Shown here: positions 32,007 through 44,341 of the stretch, one piece after another
Layout of the letters: each line of letters begins with the position of its first letter
How positions within the stretch are numbered: position 1 is the stretch's first letter
NCBI GenBank assembly: GCA_048013815.1
Contig: CM106585.1
Location: forward strand, 6,262,001-6,326,000
Direction of reading: 5' to 3'
DNA from: Setoptus koraiensis
Taxonomy: Eukaryota; Animalia; Arthropoda
Length of the DNA: 64,000 bases
Notes under the pieces: model-generated
Database searches by the model: none
Told to the model about the DNA's origin: nothing
The model's input: only the letters and a program-made list of their open reading frames with translations
Position numbers and translations under genes: made by a program

Positions 32007-32464
32007 CTAATGACTTTTCAAGTTGTCATGCTGGCGCGATTATCGCGGCTTCGAGCGGCCTCACTTGAGCTTCTTCGATTCACTTTGTCGGGGTCGGCGC
32101 TGGCGCCAAGCGATCGCTTCGCCCCGGCTGATGCTCGGATATTCGCTCGGATATTCGCTCGCTCGGATGCTTGAGTTTCGCTGGCGACTGCACTGACGCT
32201 GGGGCCCCGATACGGGCTGATTCAGGCGCTGATTTCTTCGGCTTCTAATATGTTTTGTCGTTGCGTTGTGTTCTCGGCTGCGCTTCTCGCACGCTGACAC
32301 CGATGTGCTGGCTCGCTGGGCGCGCTGGTGGCGGATAATTTCGGGCTCGTGGCGGACAATTTCGAGATTGAAACGTTCAACGAAAACGGCGGGACAATTG
32401 GAACAATTGGCCCCGATTGGAGCGCTACGTATATTTAACTGTGTATATTTATTTGCACTGCTGG
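32007..32464 (-). other. Probable non-coding 5'UTR exon of the Sidestep-like gene
   Basis: Strong pyrimidine tract and acceptor (ttcctcattctctccattgctgtcag|) and consensus donor AG|GTGAGT. No ATG-initiated frame reaches the donor. Confidence 0.45.
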
Positions 32465-35400
32465 CTGACAGCAATGGAGAGAATGAGGAAGTTGTAAATT
32501 GTGTTGTCACAATTGCGCCCATTACGATATGCCAGCCGGGCCGAGATGTGGAGCGCCACCAAGCGCGCCCCCGTCGATCGTCGCTGGCGGCCGGCGTGCG
32601 CCCTAGCTACCCGCGGGCGCTGCCCATGCGCGTCTCCAATTACTATTTGCCAGCCACTTGCCCGCTGCATTGGGCCACTACTCGCTGGGGCCCCGCACAC
32701 ACACAAGTGGACAAGTGCAGCGGGCCCCAGCGGGCTCTGCTGCGCCCGCTGCACAGTGTGTGTCGGCTCGTTCGGGCCCACTATCGGCCCGAATGAGCGG
32801 CCGCCCAGACTGTCGCCAGTTGGCAAGCTAACCAAGTTGGCGCTGCCAGCAAAATCTGTGCCACCGACAGGCAGTTGGCAGCGCCGCCAGTTGGCTCGCC
32901 AGTTTGAATGATGAAGACGGGATTGAGCGGCCCGCCGCCGGCCGGCCCCATCAGAGGTCGATGGTTGGTTTGTTGGTTGGCTGTTGGATGGGCCGGCCAA
33001 CGGGACGCCCGTCGGCCTCGTTGCGCGGCCCACTCGAGCGGGCCCATTGGCCGCAACTACGGCCATACATGTCGTCTGGCTGTATTGGCAGAGGAGAATT
33101 ATCTCGAGACAGACAGACGATGAGCGCTGGCAATTTTGCGCTATTAGCCCCGATCGCCGGCCCAAAATACTGCCCGCTGCCCACTGGATAAAGGCCCCAT
33201 AAACTGGCCTAAACTGGCCTAAACTGGCCTAAATTGGCACGGGCACTGGCTTCATTTATCCGGCCAACGAAGCCGCTTCTGTCGCCATGTTGAGTGGTCG
33301 CGACAGAGTGCCGCGACAAGTGTCCCGGCAGCACGGACCAACCGAGCGCCGCAGAGGGCACATAGGGTCGCTGGCGGGCGCCCACCAGCGACCCTATGTG
33401 TGCCCGGCGTGTATGCGCCAGTGGCCGCTCGCCAACAAGACGCGGCAACGATGCATCGGCGCCCGCTCATTTGTTACATTCCATTGTTGGCGGTTGTCGT
33501 AATATGAGGCCCACACTCGCGTCACATATTTGTTTTTCGTCGCGGGGGCCCACTGCGGACGAGGGGCCAGCCGTGGTTTGGTTGTTGGTTGGTTGTAGGC
33601 GAGCCACGGCCCGACCACCTAACTGGGGCTCCAATCTGAGGGCCCCAAATCAAGAGACGAGACAGCGCTTGTTGTGTGTGTGTATGTCGCTCTCACAGTG
33701 TGTGTGTGTTGTTACAATGTAGCCGCACCGGAAGTTGCCTCGAGCCGGCCGCTGGCCGTGCTCAGTGGGCCAATTTGGCCGATTGGCTGCACGCGGCCGG
33801 CCCGCGCCGGACCAATCTAAATTGTTGTTGTAGGCAATCATTTATATTGGGCGCGCATATCGACATATCGATGCATCGTGCTCTGTCTGTGGCTGTCATG
33901 CGATCTTGGGGCCCGCCAATTCTTCTGCTTCGCCCGCGACTGACGGCCCCTGACAGTGAGAGCCTGACTGTCGCTGAGTTCCTGAGTTGCGGAGCCTCTG
34001 AGTCAGAGGCTGTGAGACAATGACGCCCCGCTGCCTCATCGCAATGCATCACGGCAACTGGCGGCAGTTAACGGCGGCGATATGACATTACATAACATGG
34101 TTGCGCGAGCAATGGGTGACGTTGGCGCAAGGTGAAGGGTGACGACGTAAAAAGAACGGCGAATCATATCGACGGACTCGCCAGAGTCGATTCGCCACAC
34201 CAGAAATCGCCACACCAGGAATCGCTGGCCAGAAGAACAGAGGCGCGGCAAATGTAACTGGGGCCCGACAGCGCCTCTGTGCCGGGCCGGCACATGTCCG
34301 ATTGCGCTTGCCGGAGCACAGCGTCTCGAGGCCGATATTGGTCCGATCAGCGGACACTGATAATATCCGGACCATGTTTTGCTCGCTTGACATCGCGCGG
34401 TGGGCCCAATGCGGACCGACGGCCCGGCGGCCCAGCGAACTGCAATGTTTGCCCGTCGAGTGGCTCCGTGTCCACGTGTCGAGGCGCCCCTTTGTTTGCT
34501 CACTTACCGCCGGCCTTTGTTTGTCGCATGGTTTGTTTGGGCGCCGATAGTGGGGCCCGGCCGAGCCAGCGAGTTTGGGGCGCCAGATCGCGCAAGCCGC
34601 GTATCGCACCACGACGAACAGGCGCCCGAGACTGTCGGGCCGGCCGGCGATGAGTCAGAGATAAAAGATTAAGCAAATCAGCAGCATGCGATGTTATTAT
34701 TACCGATATTATCATTTGCGATACTGTCCGGCTGCATATTGTCTGGCCGGGCATTGGCTCGGCTTGCGCTGTTTAAATAAGTTGAATTATGAGAGGCCAG
34801 CGACGATGCGGCCGCAATTGGGCCCACCGCGTCGGCGGGCTTATTTCGGCGGGCTGCGTATTGGGGGCCCAAACAAGCCGTTTGTTTGTGGCATGTACGC
34901 TCCAATTTCAGTTGAGTTGGCAAATGAGTTTGTGTTGTGGGGCCAACTGGGCCATTCATCCGTTTCGGGCCGCATTGTCGCCCGACAGTGCTGGCGCCAC
35001 TGTCGAGCTGGCCGGCTGGCCGGCCCGTCCCAACGGATATTATATTATATAAAATATTATATATTATATGTGGCTTATATATATTGAAAGCCGAGAAATG
35101 CGGCCCGGCTCGGCCGCATATGTGAATGATAGTTGTGAATTTTCGCATCGACAACCACACTGGCCATCATCGATTACCGCCGGTGACATTTGCATATGTT
35201 TGTGTGCCCGATGGGGCCCAGTTGCGTAACTTGAATGATTGTTTGCGCTGACCGGCGGCCCGGCCGAGATAAGGCCGCTCGCTAGTTGAGCGCCCGACTG
35301 AACGCGCACCAGCGCCAGATAAACAAAACTCTTTGTCCGTCGTTCTCGTTATGAGTTGTGTCCCCCTCGCGCCAGTTACGCGACTCGATTTTGTAGCAAA

Positions 35401-35505
35401 TAGCGACCGCTGGGGCCATTGCGCAAATTGTGCAAATTGTGCGCCGGAGATAGGTCGATTTTCAGCGAGACATTCGGCCCAAATTTCACAGTCCGAACAG
35501 GCCTA

Positions 35506-35646
35506 AAACTGGCCCAAAACTATCCGAAACTGGCCCAAAACTATCCGAAACTGGCCCAAAACTATCTGAAACCGGCCTAAAACTATTCAAAACTGGCCTA
35601 AAACTATTCAAAACTGGCCTAAAACTATTCAAAAATGGCCTAAAAC
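35506..35646. repeat. 21-bp minisatellite AAACTGGCCYAAAACTATYCR x6.7
   Basis: Units at 35506, 35527, 35548, 35569, 35590 and 35611, partial at 35632. Confidence 0.95.
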
Positions 35647-38600
35647 GGTCCGCTCCGCAACGGTCCGGTGTGCGGGCCGCGCCGCCGCAAATTTTTGGCC
35701 GGCAGCGGGCCCGTCGGCCAGTTAGCCAGTCATCCAGCAAGCAGTTAAATGGAGCGCCAATTTGCAAGATCATCGGCGGAGATAAAAATAAAACTAAAAC
35801 TAAAACAACGTCCTGCCGCCCACGTAGCCCCGTGTGCGGGGTCCCGCGTCTGGCCCCGCGTTCCGCGTCTCGGGCGCACCGGCGGCAGCGGGCTAAGTTT
35901 GAGCAAAGCGCATGTTTTAAGCACTTTGCGCGCCACACACACTCAGCTAATGTTTATAACGGGCAAATCGATTATATGTAAAGCGACCGCCGGTCGCTAA
36001 TCTGGTATCGCTGGCCCCGTTATGGCGGAGGGGCCCCGCGTCTTTGCCCGAGACTCTCGCGGGCGGGCGGCACGATCCGGCCGGCAGCCCGTAGCCCGTA
36101 GACGGAGTCGGTGTGAGCTTGTCCGCCCGGACCAGACACTCGGGCTCTCTGTGGCCGGCGCCTCGCCGCCCTATGAGACGCCGGAGTCGCCCGCGTTGCA
36201 ACGCGCGGTCTGACAGGCAGACGGGCCCGCGGCCGAAGCGAGCGACTATCACTTTGTACGTGCTAATGGTCACCTGCAGCACGTACAGCAACAACAACCG
36301 CGGCGCCAGCTACAACATCCATTTGCGCTCATGTGACTTTATGTGACGGCCACTTTGACTCTCTGACGGCCTCTCTGGCAAGCTTGCACCGGCTTGCACC
36401 GGCTTGCACCCGCTTGCACCGGCTCGCGCTGGCTCGCATCTGGGGCCAAGGGGCGCGAGGGGCGACCTGGCGAGTCGGAACCCCATTAAAGTGAATGACA
36501 AGCCAGCGGCAATTTGCAATCGGTTCGCCGGGTTCTCTGAGTGCGCCGGCCTCACGGGCGTCGACACCGGCCGCCGACCGGTGCAAGCAACCCGCCACCG
36601 GGCCCCGCACGACAGCCGCACCGGCAAATGACGCGGCGCACAAATTTTAGCACAAACCCAAGCCGAGCTCACGGCAAACCGACGCCAGGCTCACGCCAAA
36701 CGGGGCTTCTCTCACGGGACCCGTAAGCCGTGTTGTGCGGCCGTGTAATTTTGGCGCCATAATTGTAATGTTACGTCACTGGGCGCTGTGAGTGTGTGTG
36801 TGTGTAGTGACGACAGTTTGGCCCGCAATCGTTAGTTGTCTTACATAATAATAACAATAATAATAATAGTAATAATAATAGTAGCAGTCGACCAAATGGC
36901 GCCAAACCTGGTCAATATCAATCTGGCCGGCGTCGTTCGGGCCCCACTTGCACGGCCCAAGTGGCCGCTGTGCACACCCGGCGGCTGCTTTGCGCTCGCG
37001 GTGCCCTCTGTGCACACTTTTGGCACCCGAGCGGCCACGCTGCGCCCGTGTAAGGGTGTTGAGGCCCGGGCCGGCTGGCCAGACCGGTCGGTCGAAACCG
37101 GCAAGGTGCGCACCCTGTAATGGCCCGTAACCGAGCAGCCGAGTCCGCTGACAGTATCCACTCGCACAGCATTGAGCCAACCGGAAACGGGCGCGTTTGG
37201 CCGGGCACCCGTTTCGCCACCAGTTCACCAGTTACTGCCCGGTAACGGCAGATATATCCACGTGCAGATACATCCGTATCCAGATGAATCGATATCCAGA
37301 TATATCTGGCACAGGATGTGCACAGGTGATACAATGCAGCTGATGCTGGCCAGAGTTTGTTTGTGGCCTGGATGCTGACGAGCGACATAGTGCACAGAGT
37401 TTGTCTGTGTAGGTGGCTGCGGCCGGGGGAGCCGACGATTAGCGGACCATAAACAATCCGCTCGGGCCCCAAATATTGGGGTGCGTGCACATGCTCGCTA
37501 AATGGCGCTCTCGCCAACAATGGGCAATGGGCCGATGGCGCGGGCCTAATCGCGGTTGTTCACTTGTTTAAAAATAACAATATTTATTTATAGCAATGTG
37601 TGCAATACAGACAGACTGGCAAATATTGATCCGACGGGCAACTGGCGGAGGCCCCACACAGGCGCCCAATGCAAGCGTCGGTGTGTGTAATGCGACGGTC
37701 CGACTGGCGGCCAAACGCCAAGCCCACTAATGCCCGGCGCAAACACTTTTCGCAATCATTACCGTCATCGTGATCCGATGCGCTCTACGTCCGCTTGGCG
37801 TCCAAACACAAACACTTTGCACACTCTGTGGGCACCATATATCATATATCACACCACACAATATATACTGTGACCGGCTGAGCGCACCAAACGGCCGAGC
37901 GGACAACAACAAACGAACAAACAAAGAAACAAGCACGTGAGCTTGCCAGTCAAGCGAGCAAAACGTGCCCAGGTGCCCACAACGCTTTGTGTTGTGCTGG
38001 CGCGAGCGCCCCAAACAGGAAAGGGCCACTTCCGTCTGAGCACGTCGTTGTTGCTGTCAGTGGCTGAGATAATAGATTTTTCAGTTTAGCCATCGTGTCC
38101 GCCGTGCCACGGTCAACCAAAACAATGTAGTTTTTGCTCAATTTCCAGCCACCGTGGACACCGAAACTGGACAGTGGACACACACATAGCCGGCCACAAT
38201 ATAGCCTGAGCTCGCAAGAGATTCGGCCAGAGATTCTCTGGCTCAACAGCGAGCGATTTTCTCGGAAAGTCAGCTCGTGCAGCTACGTGCACGCACACAC
38301 ACAGGAACTGGCGCACTATTGACGGCACTATTACGCAACATGCTCACGTTGCCTGGCCACTTCCGCTTGCAGCTTGACCAATGGCCTTGGATGAGCGCTG
38401 TCGCCAACAGCGTTTCGGGCGGACCGGCAGCGACCCTAGCGGCCGAGTTCATGCTTATTTTCGCATTCATATATATAGCTTGCTTGTAATAAGAGCCGCT
38501 TGTGCTCGTGTTTGGCCGGGCACGGGGGCGCCGCGCCACTGTGCACCGGCCAACTGCGTTCGCTGCGCGCCTGCAGGGGGCGCAGCGAGGTCAGGTAAGG

Positions 38601-41600
38601 TCAGGCGCGCCGGGCCGAGCTGATGTGCGAGATTAATTGGGCGAGCGTTTAATTGTTGTAGCGACAATTGTTGCATAACAATAACAGCGCAATAACATAG
38701 CGAGTGAGACGGTTGCAACACACAGATCAGATAGCAGTGATTGATGTTGCCAGCGAGCGGCCCTCACCTGGCCGTCCCGTACACTGAAAGCCGCGGCACC
38801 CGACAAATGAGGCGGGCGCTGTGAGGCGGCTCATGTGCGCGGGCCGCGTTGCACGCGCTTGTTGGCTCGTGCAACTGCGCTCGTGCTCGTGCAACCGCGC
38901 TCGTGCTCGTGCGAATAGGAATGCGAACAGCGCAACGCATTATGCGGACTGTGATTGCCCGCCAGAGGGCCTGATCCACCTGATACTATCAGGCTGATGG
39001 AGCGCCGCTCGGTCACCTGTGCCGCTTTGGCGGCCCGCGAGCGGGCCGGCGCAAAGGTGCGCACGAGCTTGTCCAGACACAAGTGGGGGCTAATTTTGGG
39101 CGCCCACTCGCGAGCGGCGCTCAAATTAAATCAATTAATTTGCACTCGCTACCTAACTCGGCCTGACCTAACTGGGCCAGTTTATTTGTCGCGCGCCTAT
39201 AAATCCGGCCGAGGGGCCCGCTCGACGCGACAATAGTATGAGTAATGCGACAACAACTTGTAATGGCATGGGTGGCCTGTTTGGCGCTGCGACACAATTA
39301 CCGCTCGCTGTCGCTGTTGTTGTTGTTGTTGTTGTTGTTGTTGCTGTCGCGGTTGTTGTTGTTGTGGTCGCTGTTGCTATCGCGGTTGTTGTTGTTGTTG
39401 CTGTTGCTGGTGATTACGTTGGCCCGTCGTCGGTTGCTTGTCGGCCGGTCGTTGGTCAGCGCGGGCCGGTTGTCGGCCCGCGCTGCCCGGCAACGCACAG
39501 CGAAAGCGACACAGACACAACGAGGCGCCACAAGCGGCCCGACACAGACAAAACAGCTTGACACTTTTGCACTTGCTCTTGTCGGGGGCCCCTGGCGAAA
39601 GGCGCGCGCAAAACCCTTAATGGTGAATGATAAAATGATTGCCAGCCAGCGCAGCCATAACTGACTAAATTTTGCACGTCAAGCCAGCCAGCGCTTACGT
39701 AACGCGCTGGCGTTTATTTTGATATAGTTATGTGACCGTGTCCCCATATAATGACCATATGACTGCACGAGTGGGCGACGCGGCGCGATGCGTGCCCACT
39801 CGACGCGCAGCACCCTATACGGTCGCTGTATTACAGTGTACAGTGTGCGGGTCCCGCACTTGCGCTGGCACCGTCGGCCGGTCGGCTCGCATGCCATGCT
39901 GGGCACCCGCGGCTAGCGACTCGCTGGCTCCCATTCCACGCCGTAGCTCGCAGGCCGCGCCATAGCGCGGCATAGCGGCTCCCATCGCGGCTCCCATGAA
40001 TGGGGCGCAAACGCAAATACACAACATGTAAATACAGCGAGGCGCGAATATAAAGTATAAATAAAGTTGCGCTCACTTTCGGCCAGCTCGCTGGTTAGCT
40101 CGCTGGCAACACACACAAGCTGCGCCGAGATGATGGATGACGACCAAATCGATTAGAATAACGCACTCACAAGCTGCAAAAGGGGCCAGGGAGCCCCCGA
40201 CTGGAGCCGCCAGACAGCCACTGACTGCAAAGTGTCTCTTTGGCCGCCAGGCGGCTAACTAACGGGCTTGTTAGTGCCGTTAGGTGCGCCGGGGCGACAC
40301 TTTTCGCACTTATCGTCGCTCGTTGTTCAGCCCGCTTGTCGCTGTTGGGCCTCGTCGCTGTTGGGCCGGCCGGCCCGAGTTGAAGCCCGAGTTGAAACGC
40401 AAGCCGAAGCGCAAGTTGAGCCCGACAGCCTGAGCGGGCCCGAGAGGCGAAGTGACTGCACAGTCACTTCGCGAGCGCGGCGGCTCTAGCAGCCCGTCAC
40501 CGGGCGGCCCGTGGCCCCGTGGGCGCACTGTCGCGCGGGCCTCGGCGTGCGCAGGCAGCCCGCCGTCCGCATCAAATCAAACCGGATCGCCGCTGTGCCA
40601 GTGGCCGATTCAATCGGGCCGCACAATCGGATTGAATTGGCTACCGAGCGCCGGTGCCCGGTTGCATTTGCGACTGGCTTATCAATGGACAGTGACGCAA
40701 CCATCCGATCAGATTCGCATGAAAGTGACAAGTGAGCTTGTTAAGTTGACAAGTGCGCCCGCTTGTGGCCGTGCAGCGGCCGAAACCGGCAACATTGGCC
40801 CGTCACTTGCCCGTGCAGGGCCGCTTCCGGTGCGCGTCCGTGCCCCACTACTATGCACCACTGCTATGCATCACTGCTATGCACCACCGTGCATCACTGT
40901 GCACCGCCATGAATTGACAGTGTTGCCATGTATTGACAGTGGCGCTGCACCGCTGAGGGCCCGGCGCATTCATGTATTCATTGCACGCCGCAAACAACAA
41001 TGACCGTTATTCATCGGGCCCCCATTCAATAACTCGAATGAATAAGAAACAACGTCAATGGGAGGCCCCGAGCTCGCGCCCGTGCGCACGCAAGCGCCAA
41101 TCAGGCCCCAAGTGTCCAATCTGGCTAACTGCGGCAGCCTATTATTTGAGCCCGTCGGCTGTCGGATGGGTCGATGCGGCCCGCTCCGGCCCGATGCAAA
41201 TGTCGCCATGTTGCATTTATGCGAGTTCTCTGGCCAGGCGGGCGACTTGTGTCACTGCTCGCGGGCGAGTGGCGCGGTCGGCCCGTCGCTGCCCGTGCGC
41301 GTAATCTCCGCCGCGTCTGTCGGTGCGGCCACGCCGCAATAGATTAATATCATACATATCAATAATATGGTAAGACCGTGGGGTATCTGTAGCGAGCAGC
41401 CAGCCGGTGGCGGTCAGCGTCGGTCGACTCGTGGTCGCTCGTGCGCCGCCCCTGGCGGACAGGAACGCCAAACTGGCCGAGCTGACATGCGGTATTTGCG
41501 CGGTGCTTTTTGCAAGCATCGCGGCGCCCGAGGTAAGTCTGCCCGCCAGACAATGTCTGGTGGCCTCATCGGCTCGCCGGCCCGCTGCTGGCAGCATAAT

Positions 41601-44312
41601 TACCGGCGTGTCACACGCGCAACGGATAACGCACGCCGGCCAGACCGGCCCGTCGTGGCGCGCCATCGATTTATCTGTGCCGGGGCGACCAGTTTTGGTT
41701 CGGGCCAAACTGGCGCCGGCCGCGGATAATTGATGGCGACAAAGCGCGCCAAGGCTGGCCAGCCGCTGGCAGCGACCGATATCGGGCCCCGATGCTCGCC
41801 CGAACAAGCGGCCGCGTAACATTTAGCATATCTGGCCGCGAGCCGGCCAGGTACGCCGCCCGAATTGATTGTGGGCCGCACTCAACTTTAGCCGCCAACT
41901 ATTACCGACTCGGAAATGCCGAGCGCACCCGCGACACGCGGCTCACGGGACTGGAATAGAAACGCGGAAGAGGGCAGAAGAAAAGGGGCCCGCGTATCAT
42001 CGATTATCTCGCGCCAGCTCTTGTTATTCAAATGTCGACAACTTAACTGCCGCGGCGGGCCCCCGTTCAGGCGCTTCATTTTGCACATTCAATGCCGCTA
42101 TTTGTTGTACCGTGAAGCCGGGCCGGGCCGGGCCGGCTATCGGCACGATCGTCGCTACCTGTCGTTGTGCTGTGTTGCTTGGTCACAAAGTAACGGTTAC
42201 TTTGTGACACAGCACAGGTATTTAAAGCCATGATAAATATGCATAATAACTGTCGCCTCACCTGTGCGCGTGCCCGGCATTGTTTGTACAGCGCTTTGGT
42301 TGGCATTGTTGTCGTCATTGTTGCTGTGATTGTTGCTCGTGTTGTTGTTGTCGCTGTTGTTGTTGTCGCCGATGTCGTTGTTGTTGCAGTCGCTGTCGTT
42401 GTTGTTGTTGCTGTTGCAGTTGCTGTTGTTGCAGTCGCTGTCGTTGTTGTTGGTGCCGTGTCTGCTGTCGGCCCCCGCTCGGCTGGCTGCAAACTGGCGC
42501 AAAATGTCTACGCTAAAACAGGATTTGACGTCTCTGCCCGCCTGTGACTGCCCGCCTGTGACTGCCCGAATTGGCGCCCCACGCAACCAACAGCAGCAAC
42601 AGCAACCGGCTTCGGCAAGCCAGCCACCAGTCTTGCCAGAGAAATCTTTTTGCCAGTGGCTGTCGTCGCATTAGCCCGAACAATTTGCAACGCAACAAAC
42701 GCACATATATCTGTATATTTAGGCATAGATAACTGCATTAAGTTAGTTGTTTGTTGTTGTCGCAAGAAAATAATAACGTCACCACTAGATAAAACGGGGG
42801 CCAAAATGCATTTGATCCCTGGCAGTGCGCGCCGATGGTGCTTAAAAGAGCATGAAAAACTTTTTTAGTTAGTCGCCCCATTTTCGGTTATATTGGGCCC
42901 CATTGTGCGCGGCTTTTTTAGCCTTTTATAGCCAGCTCGCTTAGCGTAGCGCCAGCCAGATAAATTTAGCCCTGTCTCGACAACGACAGCAGCGGCGACA
43001 ACGGCGACAACGGCGACAACGACGCCAACAACAACAACAATGGCGCCCCAGCTCGCTGCGCAGCGCCGATAAAAAGCGCTCGTCAAGGTTGCATTGTTCT
43101 TGGTTCTGTCTGACTGCTCAATTTAAACAATTTACACAATGGGCCCCCGACTTGCGTGGGCGACCGGGCGCAATATCGCAATGGGGCCCGCTTCGTTGTC
43201 TGGCACTGTGCATTAACATTTTAATATTGTGCCTCGGATATTCATGCGTCGAGCGGGCCCACAATGGCCCCAGGTGTACCTGAGGCCCGCCAGGCACGCC
43301 TAATGCACGCTTAGCGAGCCATCGAGATCGAATCAGAAATGATTAGAAGACGGTAATAATTCTTGGTTCTCGCCCCTCGATTCTCCGGCTCGTCGTTGTT
43401 CTCGGTTGTTCGGCTCGCCGTTGTTCTCGATTATGCGCGCCTCGTCGTTGTTCTCGGTTCCCCTCTCATCGTCGTCGTTGTCGCTTCTTGCCGCAACGGA
43501 ACAATCCTTTCCCCCTGGCCAGTGCAACTATCGCTTGCCGCGTCGCCGTAGCCGTGCCAGGGCCCCAGTTGCGGCCAACACAAGGTATACGTCGCCAATG
43601 GGGCCCATTTGCATAGCTGGTTGTTGTTGGTGTCGGCGCCACTGTGTGTTACACTGTTACAAACACCGTTTCACCTGCCCATTCTCTGGATCTCTGGTCC
43701 GTTATAAACTGCGCCGTTATATCGGACAGCGGACACGGTCAGTGGCCATCAATAAGGGCCACTAGACTCTAGTGGCCGGGCTCTAGTGACCGGACTCTAG
43801 TGACTAAAGTGCCTCTGGTGGTCGTGGTGCGGCCAACTCACACTGGCCAATAGCGAGTCGCTATGCCAATTGCGTTTGTTAGTTGGCTCTCGGGCGCCGA
43901 TCGCATCTCATCGGCCCGATAGAGGCGCTTTGCATAGATATTGCCTCAAGCGAGAGCTACCGCGTAACGATTCTCGGCTCGAGTCGCTTGGCTGGCACGT
44001 GAACGACATGCCAGACAGTTGCAACTTTCAGTTGGGAGATGATGGGAGATTTTCGCGGATGTATCCTTATTGATGGGGCGCATTGTGTGCTTGTGTAACA
44101 ACACCAACAACACCGGCAACAACACTAACAACAACAACAACAATAACACCAACAACAACAAAAATAACAGCAATCCCGACACAGTCCAACTGTCGGCCGG
44201 CGACCACGTAGCTCGAGCGAGCCTGTGGCGGCCCCTCGCGCGGGCTCGGGTCGTTGCATCATCGGGGGCCCCCATGGGCAGCGGGCATCGAGGAAATTGA
44301 GTTATTATTGCA

Positions 44313-44341
44313 ATTCCGATACACACTGTGTGTATCGGAAT
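44313..44341. repeat. Perfect inverted repeat ATTCCGATACACAC-T-GTGTGTATCGGAAT
   Basis: 14-bp arms, 1-nt spacer, all pairs checked. Confidence 0.97.

Noticed and set aside
42076-42674. Thr-, Asn-, Val- or Cys-rich ORFs in all frames
   Set aside because: GTT/AAC microsatellite translations.
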